Positions 33,935 through 44,594 are shown, counted from the stretch's first letter. The stretch: 57,630 nt of DNA from Myxococcales bacterium (GCA_037441385.1 JBBISH010000027.1:1-57630), one strand, 5' to 3'. Numbers and translations are program-made. Notes: generated by a model from the letters alone, not told the origin.

Positions 33935-34950
33935 GCCAAGACCGCCGCCAGGGTTCGGGTCTGGCTCGCCAACTGCCGCAATTGCTCCGGATAGAGCGAT
34001 TGCGCGCCATCGGACAGAGCTTTTTCGGGCCGCGGGTGGGTCTCGACCAGCAGACCGTGGGCGCCCGAGGCCTGGGCCGCCCGCGACATCGGCAACACCA
34101 ACTCGCGCCGGCCGGTGCCGTGCGACGGATCGACCAGGATCGGCAGGTGCGACATCTGGCGGATCAGCGGAACCGCAGAGAGATCCAGGAGGTTGCGGGT
34201 CGCCGTGTCAAAGCTGCGCACCCCGCGCTCGCACAGCATCACGTCGTGCAGGCCGCCGGCCAGCAGGTACTCGGCCGCCAGCAGCCACTCCTTGATGGTG
34301 GCGGACGGCCCGCGCTTGAGGAGCACTGGCTTGCCCAAGCCCGCCACGAACCGCAACAGTGCGAAATTCTGCATGTTGCGCGCGCCCAGCTGAATCACGT
34401 CGGCGTATTCGGCCACTTGCTCGGCGCCGGCTTCGTCCATCGCCTCGGTGACGATGGCCAGCCCGTGCTGGTCGCGGGCCTTGCGCAGGATCTTCAGCCC
34501 TTCCAACCCTAGACCCTGGAAATCGTACGGCGACGTGCGCGGTTTGAACGCTCCGGCCCGCAGCATCCGCACGCCCGCCGCAGCCACGTACCCGGCCGTT
34601 TCCAGCAGTTGCTCCTCGCTCTCGACCGCGCACGGCCCGGCGATGAGCACGCACTGGTCGCCGCCGATGGCCACGCCGCCGTTCAGGTCGGGCGCGACCA
34701 CCACCACGCTGTCGTGCGCCTGCCACTCGCGACTCACCAGCTTGTACGGCGCGGTGACGCGGATCACCTCCAAAACACCGGGCATTCCCTCGAAGCGGCC
34801 GGGATCGACCGGGCGGTCGTTGCCCACGATGCCGATGGCGGTGCGGGTGCCGCCGGGCAGCGGCCGGGCCTGCCAGCCCAACTCGGCAATGGCTCCGCAG
34901 ACGCCTTGAATTTCCTCCGCGCTGGCGCGGCTTTGCATGACGATCAGCAT
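33931..34950 (-). CDS. aroF: 3-deoxy-7-phosphoheptulonate (DAHP) synthase, type I-beta with N-terminal regulatory domain
   Basis: MLIVM start; IAGPCAVES, GAFKPRTSPYDFQG, GARNMQN, CERG, DPSHGTG and ALSDG motifs. Confidence 0.95.
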   Translation of the reverse strand: MLIVMQSRASAEEIQGVCGAIAELGWQARPLPGGTRTAIGIVGNDRPVDPGRFEGMPGVLEVIRVTAPYKLVSREWQAHDSVVVVAPDLNGGVAIGGDQCVLIAGPCAVESEEQLLETAGYVAAAGVRMLRAGAFKPRTSPYDFQGLGLEGLKILRKARDQHGLAIVTEAMDEAGAEQVAEYADVIQLGARNMQNFALLRFVAGLGKPVLLKRGPSATIKEWLLAAEYLLAGGLHDVMLCERGVRSFDTATRNLLDLSAVPLIRQMSHLPILVDPSHGTGRRELVLPMSRAAQASGAHGLLVETHPRPEKALSDGAQSLYPEQLRQLASQTRTLAAVLA

Positions 34951-35786
34951 ACAGGGCTCCTGGGATACGCTTCGGCTGGGCGCGCGCAGGCGGCGCGGCA
35001 GTTGCGGGCGAATTGCTCGAGATCTTGGGTGGCTGTGGCGAGTCCGTTGGCCAGGGTGGTCTGCAGGCGCAACGCCAGGGCGCTGCCGATGATGGCGCCA
35101 TCCGCCCCTGCTGCGGCGACGGCCTGCAGGTGCTGCGGCGTGGCCAGCCCAAAGCCCACCACCACGGGCAGCCCGGTGTTTGCCGCAATGGTCGCTACGG
35201 TGGCCTGCAGATCCGCAGCCAAGTCTTGCTGCAGCCCGGTAATGCCCACCCGTGCGGTGGCGTAGACGTAGCCGCCGCCCAGGCTGCCGATCTGGCGCAG
35301 CCGCTGCGACGACGACAAGGCCGAGGCCAAAAGCACTGGCGCAATCCCGGCTTGACGCGCTGCCTCGGCATAGGGCGCCACCTCCTCCACCGGCACGTCG
35401 GCCACCAGCACCGCGTCGACGCCGGCCGCCGCCATGTCGCGGTAGAACGCGGCCACGCCGTAGCGCTCGATGGGGTTGGCATAGCACAGCAGGCTCAGCG
35501 GCAGCCCGGTACTCGCCTTGATTTCGCCAAGCAGCATCAGCGCTTTCTTGGTATTCATCCCGCCAGCCAGGGCCCGCTCGGCGGCGCGCTGCAGTACGGG
35601 GCCGTCGGCCGGCGGGTCCGAAAACGGCAGCCCCAGCTCCAGCACGTCCGCCCCGCCGCGCGCCAGCGCCTGGGCCAGTGCCAGAGTGGTCGCCGCGTCC
35701 GGGTCGCCCAGCATCAAGTAAGGCACAAAGGCGCAGCGGTTTTCGGCCCGGCACCGCTCGAACAGGTGATCCAACGCCCGGCTCAT
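34944..35786 (-). CDS. trpA: Tryptophan synthase alpha chain
   Basis: [16 protein letters not shown], YxNP, GITG and VGFG motifs; operon position. Confidence 0.95.
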   Translation of the reverse strand: MSRALDHLFERCRAENRCAFVPYLMLGDPDAATTLALAQALARGGADVLELGLPFSDPPADGPVLQRAAERALAGGMNTKKALMLLGEIKASTGLPLSLLCYANPIERYGVAAFYRDMAAAGVDAVLVADVPVEEVAPYAEAARQAGIAPVLLASALSSSQRLRQIGSLGGGYVYATARVGITGLQQDLAADLQATVATIAANTGLPVVVGFGLATPQHLQAVAAAGADGAIIGSALALRLQTTLANGLATATQDLEQFARNCRAACARPAEAYPRSPVC

Positions 35787-36976
35787 GCGACCTCCAGGGT
35801 CTGGCTGCTGCGCAGCGCTTCGCCCACATGGGCCAGGTCTTTGTCGCCGCGCCCGCTCAGGTTGAGGATCACGCTCTGGTCCGGCGAAAACCGTCCCGCG
35901 TTGACCAGCATCCACGCCACCGCGTGGCTCGACTCCAGCGCCGGCAAGATGCCCTCTTGGCGCGCCAGGAACTGCAGCGCCGCCAGTGCCTGGGCGTCGG
36001 TGGCGGTGGCGTAGTGGGCGCGGCCCGTGTCGCGCAGGTGAGCGTGCTGCGGCCCCACGCTGGGGTAGTCCAGGCCGGCAGAGATGCTATGAGCTTCCAG
36101 CAGTTGCCCATCGTCGTTCTGCAGCAGCAGCGTGCGCATGCCGTGGATGACACCGGGACTGCCCAAGGTCAGCGTCGCGCCGTGCAGGCCCGTATCCAGG
36201 CCGTGGCCGCCGGCCTCCACACCGATCAGCGCCACCTCGGGGTCGTTCAGGAACCCGGCGAACAGGCCGATGGCGTTGCTACCGCCACCCACGCAAGCCA
36301 CGGCCGCTGCTGGCAATTGCCCGGTCTGGGCCAGGATCTGCTCGCGCGCCTCCAGGCCGATGACCTCTTGGAAGTCCCGGACCAGGCTGGGGTACGGGTG
36401 CGGCCCGGCCGCGGTGCCAAACACGTAGAAGGTGTCGGCCACTCGCTCAGTCCACTGCCGCAGCGCCTCGTTGATCGCGTCTTTCAAGCTGGCCGAACCC
36501 GCAGACACGGCCACGACTTCCGCGCCGAACAGCTCCATGCGCAGCACATTGGGGTGCTGGCGCGCCACGTCTTTGGCGCCCATGAACACCGTCACCGGCA
36601 GACCCAGCAGCGCCCCCGCCATGGCCGTCGCCACGCCGTGCTGACCGGCCCCGGTCTCGGCAATCAGCCGCTTCTTGCCCATCCGCTTGGCCAACAGCGC
36701 TTGCCCCAAGGTGTTGTTGGTCTTGTGGGCGCCGCCGTGCAGCAGATCCTCGCGCTTCAAGAACACCTGGCAACCCGCCGCCTTGCTCAGGGCCGGCGCG
36801 CGATACAGCGGCGTGGGGCGCCCTGCGTAGTCCTTGAGCAGCAAGGCCAATTCCGCACGAAACGCCGGATCCTGGCGAGCGGCCAGCCACGCTTCTTCCA
36901 GCTCGTGCAGCGCGCCGACGAGCAACTCGGACACAAACCGACCGCCGTAGAGGCCAAACCGACCGTCCAAATTCAT
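35783..36976 (-). CDS. trpB: Tryptophan synthase beta chain
   Basis: [29 protein letters not shown] and NLSGRGDKD motifs. Confidence 0.98.
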   Translation of the reverse strand: MNLDGRFGLYGGRFVSELLVGALHELEEAWLAARQDPAFRAELALLLKDYAGRPTPLYRAPALSKAAGCQVFLKREDLLHGGAHKTNNTLGQALLAKRMGKKRLIAETGAGQHGVATAMAGALLGLPVTVFMGAKDVARQHPNVLRMELFGAEVVAVSAGSASLKDAINEALRQWTERVADTFYVFGTAAGPHPYPSLVRDFQEVIGLEAREQILAQTGQLPAAAVACVGGGSNAIGLFAGFLNDPEVALIGVEAGGHGLDTGLHGATLTLGSPGVIHGMRTLLLQNDDGQLLEAHSISAGLDYPSVGPQHAHLRDTGRAHYATATDAQALAALQFLARQEGILPALESSHAVAWMLVNAGRFSPDQSVILNLSGRGDKDLAHVGEALRSSQTLEVA

Positions 36977-37608
36977 ACCGCCCCCGCCATGGCCAACACT
37001 GGGCCGGCCTGCCTACAGAATTCCATGATCTTCGCTCCGTCCAGCGTGCCGTCGGTCTCGAGCCCCGAGGCGGCATCGACTACAGCCGCTGGCGCAATTT
37101 CCAGTGCTCTGGCCACGTTGCGGGGTGTCAAGCCGCCCGCCAGCCAAAGCCGCTGCGGATCGCAGCCCGCGGGCAATCGCCACGCCCAATCTTGACCGCT
37201 GCCGGGCTGCCGGCCATCCAGCAACACGGCATCGGCCACTTGCAGCCATTCGCCCACAGCTTGGTCGCCGCCCGCCAGGGCTCGCACTACGCGCACGCCG
37301 CGCTGCCGCAGCGCCCCCGCCAGGTCCGGCGTTTCGTTGCCGTGCAACTGCACCCACGGCTGGTAAGGTCCTACACCAGCTAGGGATTCCAACTCGCCCA
37401 GAATCTGTGCCAGCGGCACATCGCGGTAGACCAATACCGGCTGCACCGGTCCCAGGTCGGCCAGCAGCCTGGCGCAAGTGCGCAGGTCCACGTGCCGGCG
37501 CGAGCCTGGTACGCGGTTCAGCCCGGCATAGGAAACGCCAGCCCGCACGCAGGCTTGCGCGTCCTCCAGCCGCCGCAGACCGCAGACTTTGACGCGAGCG
37601 CCCATCAT
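36973..37608 (-). CDS. trpF: Phosphoribosylanthranilate isomerase
   Basis: VKVCG, VQLHGNE, GSG, LAGGLTPxNV and VDxASGLE motifs. Confidence 0.92.
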   Translation of the reverse strand: MMGARVKVCGLRRLEDAQACVRAGVSYAGLNRVPGSRRHVDLRTCARLLADLGPVQPVLVYRDVPLAQILGELESLAGVGPYQPWVQLHGNETPDLAGALRQRGVRVVRALAGGDQAVGEWLQVADAVLLDGRQPGSGQDWAWRLPAGCDPQRLWLAGGLTPRNVARALEIAPAAVVDAASGLETDGTLDGAKIMEFCRQAGPVLAMAGAV

Positions 37609-38417
37609 GCAAACCCCAGCCCAGCGACCGCGGCCGCGGGGTCGTTGGCGGTCATGAAAGCCGTGCCAATCAGCACCGCGTCCACCTGCCCCTGCGCGGC
37701 CATGGCCCGCAACTGCGCGACCTCGCTGGGCTGCTCTACCCCGCTTTCGGCCACCTTGACGATGTCCTGGGGCAGCTGGGCCAAAAGTGCGCGGCAGGCC
37801 GCCAGGTCGATGTGCAAGGTGTCCAGGTCGCGGGCGTTGACGCCTACCAGGGTCGCCCCCGCCGCCAGCGCCTGCTCCGCTTCGGCCAGGTTGTGGACCT
37901 CGACCAACGCCTCCAGGCCCAGGTCGCGGCAAGTTCGCAGCAATTGGCCCAATTTTGCGCCAGGCAGCAGCCGCGCGATCAAGAGCGCCGCCGCCGCGCC
38001 GTGGGCCCGCACTTGGGCCAACTGGTACGGCTCGACAAAAAAGCCCTTGGCCAGCAGCGGTTGCGTGGTCAACGCCGCAAACTCGGCCAGCAGATGCGGC
38101 CCGCCGCCAAAGTGCGCGCGGTCACACAGGATCGACAGCGCCGCCGCCGGCCGGTAGGCCTGGGCAAACAGGTGCGGTTGCGGATCCGCGCGGAGCACCC
38201 CGCGCGACGGCGATCGCGGCTTGAATTCCGCGATGAGCTGCAGGCCCGGACGGCGCAACGCTTCTTGCAGCGACGGGCTCGGCGGCAACCGGGCAATCTG
38301 CCCATGCAGCTGGTCCAGACTGGTGGCCGCGCGGTCGCGCTGCAGCTGCGCAAGGGTCGCCGCGACGATGGGCGCCAGGACCCGCGGCATAGAGTTGGGA
38401 GTAGAAGTACTCGTCAT
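37605..38417 (-). CDS. trpC: Indole-3-glycerol phosphate synthase
   Basis: IAEFKxxSPSxG, LVEVH, GVNxRDL and VAESG motifs. Confidence 0.93.
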   Translation of the reverse strand: MTSTSTPNSMPRVLAPIVAATLAQLQRDRAATSLDQLHGQIARLPPSPSLQEALRRPGLQLIAEFKPRSPSRGVLRADPQPHLFAQAYRPAAALSILCDRAHFGGGPHLLAEFAALTTQPLLAKGFFVEPYQLAQVRAHGAAAALLIARLLPGAKLGQLLRTCRDLGLEALVEVHNLAEAEQALAAGATLVGVNARDLDTLHIDLAACRALLAQLPQDIVKVAESGVEQPSEVAQLRAMAAQGQVDAVLIGTAFMTANDPAAAVAGLGFA

Positions 38418-38426
38418 CCTGGGACC

Positions 38427-39452
38427 TTAGGCCGCACGTACGAAGGCGCAGCGCTCGCGATAGCGCTGGAGCAGCTCGCGCGCTGCACCGCTGGCCAGCA
38501 CCGCCTTGGCTTGTTGAACGCCTTCGCGCAGATCCGCAGCCCGCCCAGCCACCAGCAGTCCGGCGCCCGCGTTCAGCGCGGTCAGGTCGGCGTGGGCGCT
38601 GGGGCGGCCCGTCAGAACATCGAGCAGAATCGCAGCATTGGTGGCTGCATCGCCCCCGCGCAGCTGCTCGGGCGCCACCCGCGCCAGGCCGGCGTCCTCG
38701 GGCGTCCAGGTCTGCACGGTCACCTGGCCGTCGCGCAGCTGTACCACTTGGCTGGGTGCGCTCAGGCTCAGTTCGTCCAGGCCGTCGTGGCCGCTCACCG
38801 CCAGAACGTGTTGACTGCCCAGCTGTTGCAGGGCGCGCACCATGGGCTCGGCGCAGCGGCGGTCGGCGACCCCCAACACCTGCTGGCGCACGCCGGCCGG
38901 GTTGCACATAGGACCCAACACGTTGAACACCGTAGAGAATCCCAGCTCACGGCGGATCGGCGCCAGCTGCCGCAGGGCCGGGTGCGCGCGCGGGGCGAAC
39001 AAGAAAGCCAGGCCCAGCTCGCGCAGGTGCCCGCCCGCGACATCGAGTGGCACGTCCACCGCGATCCCAAGGTGTTCCAGCACGTCGGCGCTGCCGCACC
39101 GCCCCGAAGCTGCCCGATTGCCGTGCTTGGCCACCGGCACGCCCGCCGCCGCCAGGACAAAGGCCACCGAGGTCGAGGTGTTGGCCGTCTCCAGGCCGCT
39201 GCCGCCCGTCCCGCAAGGGCACAAGGCGTGCTCGGCGCCCGGCAGCGGGTTGGCCACCTTGCGCACGGCGCGGGCAAAACCGGCTAGTTCTTCAGCCGTT
39301 TCGGGCCGCCGCGCCAGCGCGGTCAGCAGGCCCGCCACCAGCGTGGGCGAGCACTGGCCAGCCAGGACCTCGCCCATGGCCTGTTCCGCGGCTTCGCTGC
39401 TCAGGGTTTGCCCGGCCACCAGGGCGCGCAGGGCGGTGCGACAAGCTTCCAT
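38427..39452 (-). CDS. trpD: Anthranilate phosphoribosyltransferase
   Basis: CGTGG, NxST, AKHGNR, GSADVLE, FNxLGPxxNP and GLDE motifs. Confidence 0.95.
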   Translation of the reverse strand: MEACRTALRALVAGQTLSSEAAEQAMGEVLAGQCSPTLVAGLLTALARRPETAEELAGFARAVRKVANPLPGAEHALCPCGTGGSGLETANTSTSVAFVLAAAGVPVAKHGNRAASGRCGSADVLEHLGIAVDVPLDVAGGHLRELGLAFLFAPRAHPALRQLAPIRRELGFSTVFNVLGPMCNPAGVRQQVLGVADRRCAEPMVRALQQLGSQHVLAVSGHDGLDELSLSAPSQVVQLRDGQVTVQTWTPEDAGLARVAPEQLRGGDAATNAAILLDVLTGRPSAHADLTALNAGAGLLVAGRAADLREGVQQAKAVLASGAARELLQRYRERCAFVRAA

Positions 39453-39461
39453 GATCCCTCC

Positions 39462-40115
39462 TCAGGCGGCCAACGCCAGCGGCAGGTCCGCGGCCGGACT
39501 CAAGAAATTGGCGGCGATCTGCCCGCCCAGCGGCGTGCCGATGCTCTCTGGATGGAACTGCACGCCGTAGACCGGCCGGCTGCGGTGCTCCACGGCCATC
39601 ACCAGCGGCGTCGGGCCGGCCGGGTCGCTGCACTCGGCGGTCACGCGCAGGCAATCCGGCAGGCTGGCGCGCTCGGCCAGCAGCGAGTGGTAGCGCATCG
39701 CCTCAAAGCTGCTGGGGATTCCCGCCAACAGCCGCCCGCCCAGGTTGCGCAGCGTGCTCACCTTGCCGTGGCGCGGCTCGGGGGCGTGCACCACCTTGCC
39801 GCCCAGCGTGTGCACCAAGCCCTGGTGGCCCAGGCACACGCCCAGCACCGGCACGTTGGCCAGCAGCGGCTGCGGCCCCAACACATCGCGCAACACGTCC
39901 CGCAAGATTGCGCCACAGATACCAAAATCCGCCTCGCGCTCGGGCCGCCCCGGCCCCGGCGACAGCACCAAGCGGTCCGGGCGCAGAGCGGCGATGCCGG
40001 CCAGATCCAGGGCGTCGTTGCGCACCACCTGCACCTGCGCGCCCTGCTGCATGAACAGTTGCGCCAGGTTCCAGGTAAAGCTGTCGTAGTTGTCTACGAT
40101 GAGCACACGCATCAT
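39462..40115 (-). CDS. trpG: Anthranilate synthase component II (glutamine amidotransferase)
   Basis: DNYDSFTWNL, SPGPG, GVCLGHQ, RYHSL and QFHPES motifs. Confidence 0.95.
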   Translation of the reverse strand: MMRVLIVDNYDSFTWNLAQLFMQQGAQVQVVRNDALDLAGIAALRPDRLVLSPGPGRPEREADFGICGAILRDVLRDVLGPQPLLANVPVLGVCLGHQGLVHTLGGKVVHAPEPRHGKVSTLRNLGGRLLAGIPSSFEAMRYHSLLAERASLPDCLRVTAECSDPAGPTPLVMAVEHRSRPVYGVQFHPESIGTPLGGQIAANFLSPAADLPLALAA

Positions 40116-41678
40116 TTACCTCCCATCGCGGACGGTTCGGGGCCCCTTGCTTTGCGATCTGTGGCCTTGCCGCAGCAGCGCCAGCGACAACGCCGTCAGG
40201 CCGGCCCGCGCCTTGTTGTCGCACTCGTCGGCCTCGGCCGCGGGCAGCGAGTCGCGGACGATGCCGGCGCCCGTCTGCAGGTGTACCCGCTTGGGCTCGA
40301 CCAGCAGCGTGCGGATGGCGATGCAAGTGTCCATATTGCCTGCGTGATCGAACCAACCGACCGCGCCCGCGTACAGGCCGCGCCGGTCCGGCTCCAGCTC
40401 GGCCAGCAGCTGGCAGGCGCGCACCTTGGGCGCCCCCGACACCGTTCCGGCCGGAAAGGCTGCGCGCAGCGCGTCGAAGGCGGTGCGCCCCTGGTCCAGC
40501 TGCGCCCGCACGTCGGTCACCAGGTGCTGCACGTGCGAGAACTTCTCGATATGTTCCAGGTTTTCCACCCGCACGCTGCCCGGCGCCGCCACCTGCCCCA
40601 GATCGTTGCGGCCCAGGTCGACGAGCATGCGGTGCTCGGCCAATTCCTTTTGATCTGCCAGCAGATCACGAGCTAGCGCCTCGTCCTCGCCCGCCGTGGC
40701 CCCGCGCGGCCGGGTCCCGGCGATGGGCCGCACCAGCAGTTCGCCTTGCTGGGCGCGCACCAGCACCTCCGGCGAGGCACCGACCACGCAAAACGTCTTG
40801 AACCGCAAGAAGAACATGTACGGAGATGGGCTCACTGCCCGCAGCGCCCGGTACAGGTCCAGCGGCGGTACCGCCACTTCAGCGGTCAGGCGCCGGCTCA
40901 CCACCACCTGGAAGACTTCGCCATCGGCAATCGCCACTTGCGCCTTCTCAACGGCCTCCATCAAGTCGGCGCGTGTGCGGTTGGCGCGCAGGGGCAGGCT
41001 CGCCAGCTGCGGCGGTTCCACCGGCCACGGCGCCTCGGCGGGGAGCGGCCGACGCAACTGCCCCAGACGCTTTTGCAGGCGCGCACAGGCCTTGCGATAG
41101 CTCGCCGTCCGGTCGCCCGCCAGCGGCATGTGGACCACCAGCGAAATCCGCTGCTTGCAGTGATCGAAGATGCACACCTCGTCCGCCAGCAGCCACAGCG
41201 CCGTGGGCACTGCCGGGGTGGCCGGGAACTGCGCGCTCGCCCGCCGCAGCGGCGGCAGCGGCACCTTGGGCTCAAACGCCGCGACCGCGTCAAAGGCCAG
41301 GTAGCCCACCGCACCGCCCTGCAGCACCGGCAGCCCAGGCCGCGTCCATAGCGGGCGCTCGGCCAAAAACCGCTGCAATGGCAGGAGCGGATCGCGGTCA
41401 TCGTGCTGTGTTACCTTACCTTCAAAGCGCAAAGTCGACTTGCCGTCTTTGAATTCCAGCGAATTCTGGATGCCCACGCCGATGAACGAGTAGCGCGCCA
41501 GCTGTTCGCCACCCTCGATGCTCTCGAGCAAGAACGCACCGGGCCGGTCGCCGCCCAGCTTGCGCAGCAGGGTCAGGGGCGTCTCGCCGTCGGCGTGCAG
41601 CTCCAACGTCACCGCTGCGCGGAGGGCGTCGCCGGTGTACCGCAGTACCTCGTCCAGGCTGGGCTGGGTGGGGATCAC
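40116..41678 (-). CDS. trpE: Anthranilate synthase component I
   Basis: LLES, RYSF, SPYMF, GASPE, RPIAGTRxRG, AEHxMLVDLGRND and FPAGTVSGAPK motifs. The GTG start overlaps the trpR stop (GTGA). Confidence 0.95.
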   Translation of the reverse strand: MIPTQPSLDEVLRYTGDALRAAVTLELHADGETPLTLLRKLGGDRPGAFLLESIEGGEQLARYSFIGVGIQNSLEFKDGKSTLRFEGKVTQHDDRDPLLPLQRFLAERPLWTRPGLPVLQGGAVGYLAFDAVAAFEPKVPLPPLRRASAQFPATPAVPTALWLLADEVCIFDHCKQRISLVVHMPLAGDRTASYRKACARLQKRLGQLRRPLPAEAPWPVEPPQLASLPLRANRTRADLMEAVEKAQVAIADGEVFQVVVSRRLTAEVAVPPLDLYRALRAVSPSPYMFFLRFKTFCVVGASPEVLVRAQQGELLVRPIAGTRPRGATAGEDEALARDLLADQKELAEHRMLVDLGRNDLGQVAAPGSVRVENLEHIEKFSHVQHLVTDVRAQLDQGRTAFDALRAAFPAGTVSGAPKVRACQLLAELEPDRRGLYAGAVGWFDHAGNMDTCIAIRTLLVEPKRVHLQTGAGIVRDSLPAAEADECDNKARAGLTALSLALLRQGHRSQSKGPRTVRDGR

Positions 41679-42013
41679 GCCGCGCCTCCGCGGCTGGCCA
41701 GGCGCTTCAAAGTCTGCAAAGCCAAAGCAAAACCGCCGCCGCCGTACTTGAGCGAGCGCGCACCACGGCTCACCGTGGTCACCGACACGGCCAGCGCTTC
41801 GGCCACCGCCCGCTGCGACTCGCCGCGGCTCAATCGCTCGGCGATGTGCCAACGCTCGGTCAGCGCTTCGATTTCCTGCGGAGTCAGCAGGTCGTCGAGC
41901 AGCAGCGCCACCTGGGCCGGGTCGCGCAATTCGGCCAAGACAGCCAGCAAATCCGCAGGCAGGTGCGGTGGACCAGGGCGGCCGGGCGGCGGTTCGAGGG
42001 TGGCGGCGTTCAT
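41675..42013 (-). CDS. trpR: TrpR-like (YerC/YecD family) repressor
   Basis: LxDLLTPxEIxxLxxRW...SQRxVAxxLxVSVTTVSRG...LKYG; first gene of the trp operon. Confidence 0.88.
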   Translation of the reverse strand: MNAATLEPPPGRPGPPHLPADLLAVLAELRDPAQVALLLDDLLTPQEIEALTERWHIAERLSRGESQRAVAEALAVSVTTVSRGARSLKYGGGGFALALQTLKRLASRGGAA

Positions 42014-42044
42014 GGCGGTTTCCGGGTGGCGGGCGATGTTGCGA

Positions 42045-42078
42045 TGTATTACCGTGCTAATACACCAGCACGCTATCA
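42045..42078. promoter_or_regulatory. Putative TrpR-family operator
   Basis: Palindrome TGTATTA-N6-TAATACA (42045-42064) plus further half-sites at 8-bp period overlapping the -10 and +1. Confidence 0.7.
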
Positions 42079-42098
42079 CGTCGGATCAGGGCTGTCAA
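42070..42098 (-). promoter_or_regulatory. Sigma70 promoter of the trp operon
   Basis: Minus strand: TTGACA (42098-42093), a 17-bp spacer, then TAGCGT preceded by TGn (extended -10). Confidence 0.75.
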
Positions 42099-42255
42099 GC
42101 GCCGCCGATCAGGTGGAGCGATTGTCCAGTCCTTCTACATGTCGAAAAAATCAACACACACGACCCGGACAGCGGACTTGACAATCCCTTGTGTGCGCGC
42201 GGGAATTGGCAGCTGGCACGGTGTACCCGCGTGAATCAGGTGGGGTGCAGACAAG

Positions 42256-43143
42256 ATGGACCTACAGCTCCCGCGGCGGCTCGACAAGTTTCTGGCGGAC
42301 GCCGGCATTGGCTCCAAAAGCCAAATCGAACAGATCGCAGCAGCGGGGGCGGTCACACGCAACGGCGGTGTCTATATGGATCTTCACCGGATCGTGGACC
42401 CGCAGCGCGACCAAGCCGAGGTAGCCGGGGTGGCGGCACAGCTGGTTGCGCCGAGCATTTATGCCCTTTTGCACAAGCCCAAGGGCGTGCTGACGACGCT
42501 GTCGGACCCCAATGACCGCCGTTGCGTCGCGGCGCTGCTGCCTGGGGAGTGGCGCGGCCGCGTCGGTGTGGTGGGGCGCCTGGACCGGCCGACCACCGGG
42601 GCGCTGCTGGTCACCAACGATGGCGACCTGAACAACCTGCTGACCGATCCGGCCACCCATGTCTGGAAGCGCTACATCCTGACCGTGGTCGGCGAGCCGG
42701 ACGAGCGGGATCCGCGGCTGGAGCGGATACGCCAAGGCATCGAGCTCTCAGGTGTGCGAACCAAGCCAGCGCGCTGCGGCGTCGTGGCCGAAACTGGGCG
42801 GACAGATGGGGATGGTGGGCGCTTGCGCGAGGTCTGGATCGAGATCTCGGAGGGCCGCTTCCACCAGGTTCGGCGCATGGCCAATCAAGTTCAGCTGAAA
42901 TTCGTTCACCTGCACCGCGCCGCTATCGGCCCGCTGGAACTCGGCGACCTTGCTCCAGGCCAGTGGCGACCCCTGCGCGCCGACGAGGTGGATGCGCTAT
43001 ACGCCGCCGCAGGTGGCCGCGACGTGCCAAAGGTGCGTGCCCAGGCGGCACTGCGACGGCGCTTGGACGCTGGCGAGCTCGACGCCCAGGACGCGGCCTT
43101 GGTACGGCGCTACTTCGATTCGTTGTCTGGGGCTGGCGTTTAA
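42256..43143 (+). CDS. rRNA pseudouridine synthase, RsuA/RluB family
   Basis: S4 domain (RLDKFLA), HKPKG, catalytic GRLD, LxTNDG and EGRxHQVRRM. Confidence 0.93.
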   Translation: MDLQLPRRLDKFLADAGIGSKSQIEQIAAAGAVTRNGGVYMDLHRIVDPQRDQAEVAGVAAQLVAPSIYALLHKPKGVLTTLSDPNDRRCVAALLPGEWRGRVGVVGRLDRPTTGALLVTNDGDLNNLLTDPATHVWKRYILTVVGEPDERDPRLERIRQGIELSGVRTKPARCGVVAETGRTDGDGGRLREVWIEISEGRFHQVRRMANQVQLKFVHLHRAAIGPLELGDLAPGQWRPLRADEVDALYAAAGGRDVPKVRAQAALRRRLDAGELDAQDAALVRRYFDSLSGAGV

Positions 43144-43303
43144 GGCGATCCGCAGAAAGGACTGGTCGCCGCCCCAGCCGCCCGGCAAGAGGAATCCCTT
43201 TGTGAGCACTGGCTTTGGCGTAGGCAACCTAGATGCCAGCGCCACACTGTGCCAGAACGCGACGAGCCGGGAGGACTGCATGGGCTGCAAGCCCCCGTCC
43301 GGC

Positions 43304-44368
43304 CTAGTACCAGAGGCCTGGCCAGTCCTCGCAATCGCCATGCGGGTCGCAACAATTCCCGCCTTGGGGTGCGCAGTCGTTGACGCAGGGCTTGGGCACG
43401 CAGGCTACTGGGTTGCACGCTCCGGCGTTGGCGCAGTCCTCCGGCAGCGTGGCCTGGCAGGTGTGGTCCACGCAATGGCACCAGCCGGCCCAGTCGCAGC
43501 CATCGCCCGAGCAGCTCGCGTCGGTGGCGCACTTCTGCCGGCAACGCGAGTCGGGTCCAAGAACACAGAGTCCATACTTCTTGCAGACTTGGCTGGCCGC
43601 GCAATCTGCGTCGCTGCCCGGCGCGCACTTGCCTGGCTCCGTCGCCCCCGGTGCCTTGGCGCAAAGACCATACTTTTTGCAGCCTTCGCTGATGGCGCAC
43701 AGGTCGTTGGGCCCCACGCAGCAAAAGTTGCCGCAAAGCGAGCAGTAGCCAGAGCTTGCGCAGTACTCCGAGCTGGCGCATTCCTGGGCCGTTGCCGCGC
43801 AAGCTCCTGGCATTGCATGACACTTCTTGAATTCGGAGTGACAACTGCTGGAGGCGGCGCACTGGGCCTCGGTGGGGCTACACCGCCCGCGGAAGGCAAC
43901 ACAGAAGTTCTCGCCATACAGGCAGACTTTGGCCTTGGCGCAGTCCTGGTCCGACGCAGCGAGGCATTCGCCCGCGACCGCCGTGCAAAGTCCAAGCGAA
44001 ATGCAGTCATCCGAGGCCTGGCAGTCCGCATCTGCTCCAGTGACACAGGTGCCACGGCGCCAGGTACAGCGGCCATGACGCGAACACCCCAGCGACGCCG
44101 CGCAGTCGGTCGAGGCCGTGGCCGCGCAGCTGCAGTCGACCGCGTGGCAGGCCCCGCTTTCTTTGCAGGGCGCGGACCACTTGCACGTGGCTTCCGTTGG
44201 ACAAGGCAACACGCTCACACCTTCGGCTTCGTCGTCGGCGACCGCGGTGGCGTCGTGACGGTCCGCGGTCCGCAGCGCGGGGTGCGATGCACAGGCCAAA
44301 GCTGCGCACAACCACAGGGCGGCAAGCCCAGCTTGTGTGGCGGTTTGCGAAGGTGGCCTTGCCGTCAT
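43304..44368 (-). CDS. Cysteine-rich repeat (lipo)protein
   Basis: Hydrophobic N-terminus with ALAC; repeated DxDCxxSxxCxxxGxC units. Confidence 0.65.
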   Translation of the reverse strand: MTARPPSQTATQAGLAALWLCAALACASHPALRTADRHDATAVADDEAEGVSVLPCPTEATCKWSAPCKESGACHAVDCSCAATASTDCAASLGCSRHGRCTWRRGTCVTGADADCQASDDCISLGLCTAVAGECLAASDQDCAKAKVCLYGENFCVAFRGRCSPTEAQCAASSSCHSEFKKCHAMPGACAATAQECASSEYCASSGYCSLCGNFCCVGPNDLCAISEGCKKYGLCAKAPGATEPGKCAPGSDADCAASQVCKKYGLCVLGPDSRCRQKCATDASCSGDGCDWAGWCHCVDHTCQATLPEDCANAGACNPVACVPKPCVNDCAPQGGNCCDPHGDCEDWPGLWY

Positions 44369-44594
44369 TGCGCCTGCTGTTCCGCGTTCGCCGGGGTCCT
44401 TTGGCCAGACTACGCCGCGACCGTGGGCAAGATCAAGAACTTGTTGCCGCAGACGCTACTTGCAGCACCGACGTACCCAAACGGAGATCGGCCACCTGAC
44501 CGCTGGAGGCGGAAGGACTCGCCGTCGGCGGCTCGGCGGCACTGTCAAGGCAACTGGGGTCGAATGGGCCAAAGGCCGGCCCGCTTGGGCGGGG

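Noticed and set aside
33931..35829. 632-aa ORF suggesting an N-terminally extended AroF
   Set aside because: The extension is an alternative frame over trpA; the real start is the ATG at 34950 (MLIVM) with a GGAG RBS.
40116..41852. Extended TrpE N-terminus in the ORF track
   Set aside because: It overlaps trpR; the GTG at 41678 coupled to the trpR stop is more plausible.
43145..43300. Cobalamin-riboswitch-like words (AAGAGGAA, GCCACACTGT, GAGCCGGGAGGACTGC) or an HDV-like ribozyme
   Set aside because: Core elements are incomplete and the region lies between convergent genes with no downstream plus-strand gene; an Infernal/Rfam scan would settle it.
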